Source: Pristiophorus japonicus
Taxonomy: Eukaryota
NCBI RefSeq assembly: GCF_044704955.1
Contig: NC_091995.1
Location: 13,516,001-13,580,000 of the forward strand
Direction of reading: 5' to 3'
Length of the DNA stretch: 64,000 bases
Shown: one piece after another, positions 59,208-64,000 of the stretch
Layout of the letters: every line of letters begins with the position of its first letter
How positions within the stretch are numbered: the first letter of the stretch is position 1
Made by a program: the position numbers and the translations under genes
The notes under the pieces: generated by a model
What the model saw: the letters and a program-made list of their open reading frames with translations, nothing else
Databases searched by the model: none
Told to the model about the DNA's origin: nothing

Positions 59208-61127
59208 ATGGCAGCCAAGGGAACAGCCATTGGCATCGACCTGGGCACCACCTACTCCTGCGTGGGGGTCTTCCAGCACGGCAAGGTGGAGATTATCGCC
59301 AACGACCAGGGCAACCGCACCACCCCCAGCTACGTGGCCTTCAACGACACCGAGCGGCTCATCGGGGACGCTGCCAAGAACCAGGTGGCTCTCAACCCAC
59401 CCAACACCGTCTTTGATGCCAAGAGGCTCATCGGGAGGAAGTTTGACGACCCAGTGGTCCAGTCCGACATGAAGCACTGGCCCTTCGAGGTGGTGAGCGA
59501 TGCGGGAAAGCCCAAGGTGAAGGTTGAGTACAAGGGTGAGGATAAAACCTTTTACCCCGAGGAAATCTCTTCCATGGTGCTGACCAAGATGAAGGAGATC
59601 GCTGAGGCTTACCTGGGCTACACTGTCACCAATGCTGTTGTCACCGTGCCCGCTTACTTCAATGACTCCCAACGTCAGGCAACCAAAGACGCTGGTGTGA
59701 TCGCTGGTCTGAATGTCCTGCGCATCATCAATGAGCCGACGGCAGCTGCCATTGCCTACGGCCTAGACAAGAAGGGCAGAGGCGAACGCAATGTTCTCAT
59801 CTTTGACTTGGGTGGTGGTACCTTCGACGTCTCTATTCTCACCATTGATGATGGTATCTTTGAAGTGAAATCGACGGCTGGTGACACCCACTTGGGAGGA
59901 GAGGACTTTGATAATCGCATGGTCAATCACTTCATTGATGAGTTCAGGCGTAAATACAGGAAGGATATCAGTCAGAACAAGAGGGCGGTCAGGAGGCTGA
60001 GGACAGCCTGTGAGAGAGGAAAGAGAACCCTGTCTTCCAGCACCCAAGCCAGTGTTGAGATTGATTCTATGTTTGAAGGCATAGATTTCTACACCTCCAT
60101 CACCAGGGCTCGGTTTGAGGAGCTTAATACTGACCTGTTCAGAGGCACTCTGGAGCCAGTGGAGAAAGCTCTAAGAGATGCCAAGTTGGATAAAGCTCAT
60201 GTTCATGATATAGTCCTGGTTGGGGGTTCCACCCGAATCCCCAAGATCCAGAAACTGCTGCAAGATTTCTTCAATGGCAGGGAGCTGAACAAGAGCATCA
60301 ACCCTGATGAGGCCGTGGCCTATGGGGCAGCTGTACAAGCGGCTATTCTAATGGGGGACAAGTCTGAGAATGTCCAAGATCTCCTGTTACTGGATGTCGC
60401 TCCACTGTCGCTGGGTCTTGAGACAGCAGGAGGGGTCATGACCACACTCATCAAGCGGAACACCACCATTCCCACCAAGCAGACCCAGATCTTCACCACT
60501 TATTCTGACAGCCAGCCTGGTGTCTTGATCCAGGTGTATGAAGGCGAGAGAGCCATGACCAAGGACAACAATCTTCTGGGCAAATTCGATCTCAGTGCGA
60601 TTCCCCCTGCCCCACGTGGCGTGCCACAGATTGAGGTCACCTTCGACATTGATGCCAATGGCATCTTGAACGTGTCTGCTGTGGACAAGAGCACAGGCAA
60701 AGAGAGCAAGATCACCATTACCAATGACAAGGGCCGGCTGAGCAAGGAAGAAATTGAGAGAATGGTACAGGAAGCAGAAACGTACAAATGCCAAGACAAC
60801 CAGCAGCGTGATAAGATCGCAGCCAAGAACTCCCTGGAATCCTACGCCTTCAACATGAAGAGCTCGGTGGAGGAAGATAAAACTAAAGGCAAGGTCAGCG
60901 AGGAAGACCAGAACAGGGTAATTGAAAAGTGTAACCAGGCCATATCATGGCTGGAGGCGAATCCGGGGGCAGTGAAGGAAGAAATTGAGCAGAAATTGAA
61001 AGAGCTGGAAAAAGTATGCAACCCCATTTTGAGCAAGCTGTACCAGGGAGGTATGCCGGAAGGATCGTACAAAACCCAAGCTGGAAAGGATGCTTCTGGT
61101 GGACCAACAATTGAGGAAGTGGATTGA
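59208..61127 (+). CDS. hsp70: Heat shock 70 kDa protein, copy 4 (639 aa)
   Basis: [17 protein letters not shown]...GPTIEEVD; intronless; strong Kozak agaATGG. Confidence 0.97.
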   Translation: MAAKGTAIGIDLGTTYSCVGVFQHGKVEIIANDQGNRTTPSYVAFNDTERLIGDAAKNQVALNPPNTVFDAKRLIGRKFDDPVVQSDMKHWPFEVVSDAGKPKVKVEYKGEDKTFYPEEISSMVLTKMKEIAEAYLGYTVTNAVVTVPAYFNDSQRQATKDAGVIAGLNVLRIINEPTAAAIAYGLDKKGRGERNVLIFDLGGGTFDVSILTIDDGIFEVKSTAGDTHLGGEDFDNRMVNHFIDEFRRKYRKDISQNKRAVRRLRTACERGKRTLSSSTQASVEIDSMFEGIDFYTSITRARFEELNTDLFRGTLEPVEKALRDAKLDKAHVHDIVLVGGSTRIPKIQKLLQDFFNGRELNKSINPDEAVAYGAAVQAAILMGDKSENVQDLLLLDVAPLSLGLETAGGVMTTLIKRNTTIPTKQTQIFTTYSDSQPGVLIQVYEGERAMTKDNNLLGKFDLSAIPPAPRGVPQIEVTFDIDANGILNVSAVDKSTGKESKITITNDKGRLSKEEIERMVQEAETYKCQDNQQRDKIAAKNSLESYAFNMKSSVEEDKTKGKVSEEDQNRVIEKCNQAISWLEANPGAVKEEIEQKLKELEKVCNPILSKLYQGGMPEGSYKTQAGKDASGGPTIEEVD

Positions 61128-61655
61128 ACCTTTTAATCTTCTGAAAGTCGAAACACTCTGTTATCGAAGTCATCAGTAGTACTATCATTTTAAATTGGTT
61201 CCCCGCCCACTTCCCCCCCCCCCCCAAATGACAGTGGCATTTTAGAGAAGTTCAGTGCGTTTGTAAATCCTCGTTGAATTGGTGTTAAGATAATGTTTGA
61301 AGGGTTAGACGAATGATTGCCTACATTTGCAATCGGATGTGTGAATGGTAACAATTAAACTTGTTAGCGGTGAGTTTTTCTGCATTCTTGTTTCCTGTAC
61401 GTTTTGCATGTTAATTTAATTATTAACTGAACTGGACAGCATTGGGACAATTCATTGCTGGTGCCTTCTCAGTTTTATGCACAACGACAGAACATATTCT
61501 ATGGTTCAGTGCAAATATTATATACACTTGGCAAAGTGTGACATCCTGAGAATCCCAATGTTTGGATGGATTATAAATTGCCTATTCAACTCTTGTTCCA
61601 TGTAGAACTCATTATAGGGTTACCTAGAGGTGCACTTAGAATAGTTTTTCTTTAC

Positions 61656-61661
61656 AATAAA
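61656..61661 (+). terminator. Candidate poly(A) signal of HSP70-4
   Basis: First AATAAA seen after the stop codon, with T-rich sequence downstream. Confidence 0.45.
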
Positions 61662-62819
61662 GAATATTGAAAGAGATTTTTCATTTTTATAGTCACTGAG
61701 AGAAGTTGGAATTATTGACGATTGGCAGGTTCTGCAAGCTTAATGTGGGTGAAATTATTGGGAAAAGTGATTAAATCCAAGAACCCTTTGTTACAAAATA
61801 CACAACATCAGAGGTGAAAGACAGGAGTGCTCCAAGCCAGAACCAATTTTCAGATAATTCCTCCTTGTTCTAAAACAGTCTGTTGAACCAATTGGGATCA
61901 TTAAGTCACGTGTTGTGACTTTCTCCGTTGCTATCATAACATTTCTCCTTATTTGTTGTGACTCATAACGACTGTCAGGTTTTTTTTCCTGACTGTTGCT
62001 ATCTTCTAAGGTTTGACTTTGGCAATAATGCTCTGTTTCTAAATTCAAACGATAACATAACATCAAAATTAAGCATAAGCTAGGATTTTCTAAAGTCTCC
62101 CTATTGCGACCTTTGTATATAAATAACCTTGTGTTTATCAACTGGCTGTCGGGAAAGTTATTAGTATCATATTCAAAATCTTATGTATGCGCATCTATCC
62201 ATTCATTTACTGTTATCACGATTTATGGTAACACTGCCCAGGTCAGCCTGTAACATTGCCTACATAGTCAATTATAATAGGACTTCACTATGCAAGCAGT
62301 CCTGGTCACGTTGCAGCAGCAGGCTGCAGGCATTAGGGGGCATTGTTGCTACATGGTCTCTTGTATCCCCTCACGCACCGTGAGAAATGCCATAGGAGAT
62401 CTACTGGTAGATATATAAAATTGCAATCGCTGGTAAGTCTGAGCTGGAATGAAGAGATCCACTGAAAGATGCACACTTGCTGTTCCTGTAACCGTCATCC
62501 AATCCACTTAGAGGAAGGAGATCCAAAAATATACTGCAAAAATGGTGATTTGCTCTTGTGCTTTCAAAAGAGATGGGAAATAACAATGTCCTCAAGCTTC
62601 ATCTCCTTTTAAAATTGTTTTAAAACTATAAACTGAAAAAAGTTTAATTACTTCACTGGACATTGAGTTCCAGCATAAAACATGGAAAGTTAATTTCACA
62701 CGCTTTAATTTCATGTTGATTCTGGACATGAAAGTGGTGCTACAAATGTTCAGTCATGGATCACCCACAGGGTTGGCAAAATTGTACGAATGGTACTCAT
62801 TTTAAATATATAACCTATA

Positions 62820-63230
62820 ACCTTCTCCTTTGAGCAGAAAAGGCTAAGTAGAGATTTAATAGAGGCATTCAAAGTCATGAAGGGTTTTGATAGAGTAAAT
62901 AGGGATAAAAATGTTTCCACTGGCAGGAGGGTCAGTAACCAGCGGATACAGATTTAAAATAATAGGCAACAAAGCCAGAGGTGAGATGAGGACATTTTTT
63001 TTTTTATACAGCAAGTTATTATGCTCTGGAATGCATTGCCTGAAATGGCGGTGGAAGCAGATTAAATAGTAACTTTCAAAAGGGAATTGGATAAATACTT
63101 GAAGGGGATAAAATTGCTGGGCTATGAGGAAAGAGCAGTGGAGCGGGACTAATTAGATTCCTCTTTGAAAGAGCCAGCACAGGCACAATGGACTGAATGG
63201 CCTCTTTATGTGTTGTAAGATTCTATGATT
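62820..63230 (+). mobile_element. CR1 3' fragment
   Basis: Same subfamily as 15235 and 38900; tail ttctatgatt. Confidence 0.75.
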
Positions 63231-64000
63231 AATGTTTCACTCTTAAAACTGTTCTATACCTTCAAATGAGGTTGCCACATGCCTCAATGTTGCTGATTCT
63301 AAATATTGCACCTAATGTTTACCTAGTATTGTGTATATACTGTGCATCACATTAAACCTTTAATTAGTTGAGCAATATGTTCCAAGTCTCAGTTATGGGT
63401 TTAAATCAGAGGTTTTTAAGCTTTTAGGTAGAAAGTTCCCAGCAAATATTGACTTAGGTAACTCGTGCAAATAACAATGCTGGGAATCCCGGGAGCCTCA
63501 GTTTAATGGCTCATCTTATAGATGATACCTCAGACACTGCAGCACTCTCTCAGTATGGCACTCATGTGCAATCAACCATTGGTGACCGTGCCTTCAGTTG
63601 CCTAGACCACAAGCTTAGCAATTCCCTCCCTAAACCACTCCGCCTCTCTACCTCCTTTAAGATGCTCCTTTAAACCTACCTCAAAAGCCCAAATTTCTAC
63701 TTATGTGGCTTGGTGTCAAATTTCATGTCTTACAACATTCCTGTGAAGCTCCTTGGGACGTTTTACAATGGTAAAGGTGCTTTATAAATACAAGTTATTG
63801 TTGTATGAGACAAATAGCAGAGAAGGATTTAAGGTGAAGCTAGATAGTACGAGGGAGAAAGGAATAGAAGGATATGTGGATAGGGTTAGATGAAGAGGGG
63901 TGAGAGGAGGCTCGCATCGTACATGAACGCCAGAATAGACAAGTTGGGCCGAATGGCCTGCTTCTGAGCTGTAGACTAATAAGGATCATAGGAAGTCCCT

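Overview
Repeat-rich vertebrate genomic DNA, most likely a cartilaginous fish. This is inferred from the Deu-domain tRNA SINEs, abundant CR1 and L2, and Tx1, RTE and Penelope relics. Two gene systems face away from each other. (1) On the minus strand is a spliced TRIM (RING/B-box/coiled-coil) E3-ligase gene. Five coding exons were reconstructed by hand (31800-31912, 19589-19892, 16280-16375, 6297-6530, 4500-4522); the 3' part probably lies left of the window. Its promoter has nine CCAAT boxes. (2) On the plus strand is a tandem cluster of four intact, intronless, EEVD-terminated cytosolic HSP70 genes with HSE/CCAAT/TATA promoters. The first two are a recent segmental duplication, and an orphan decayed HSP70 promoter sits between them. 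The most interesting signals are: Tx1-clade LINEs that appear sequence-specific for other repeats (three stacked copies at one site in a CR1, and two copies with the same LTR-like 3' flank); a probable non-autonomous RTE-tailed retroelement with variable tandem-repeat heads; an intron splitting the RING domain; and mosaic homogenisation of the HSP70 paralogues. Repeat boundaries are approximate and read by eye; no database search was possible.
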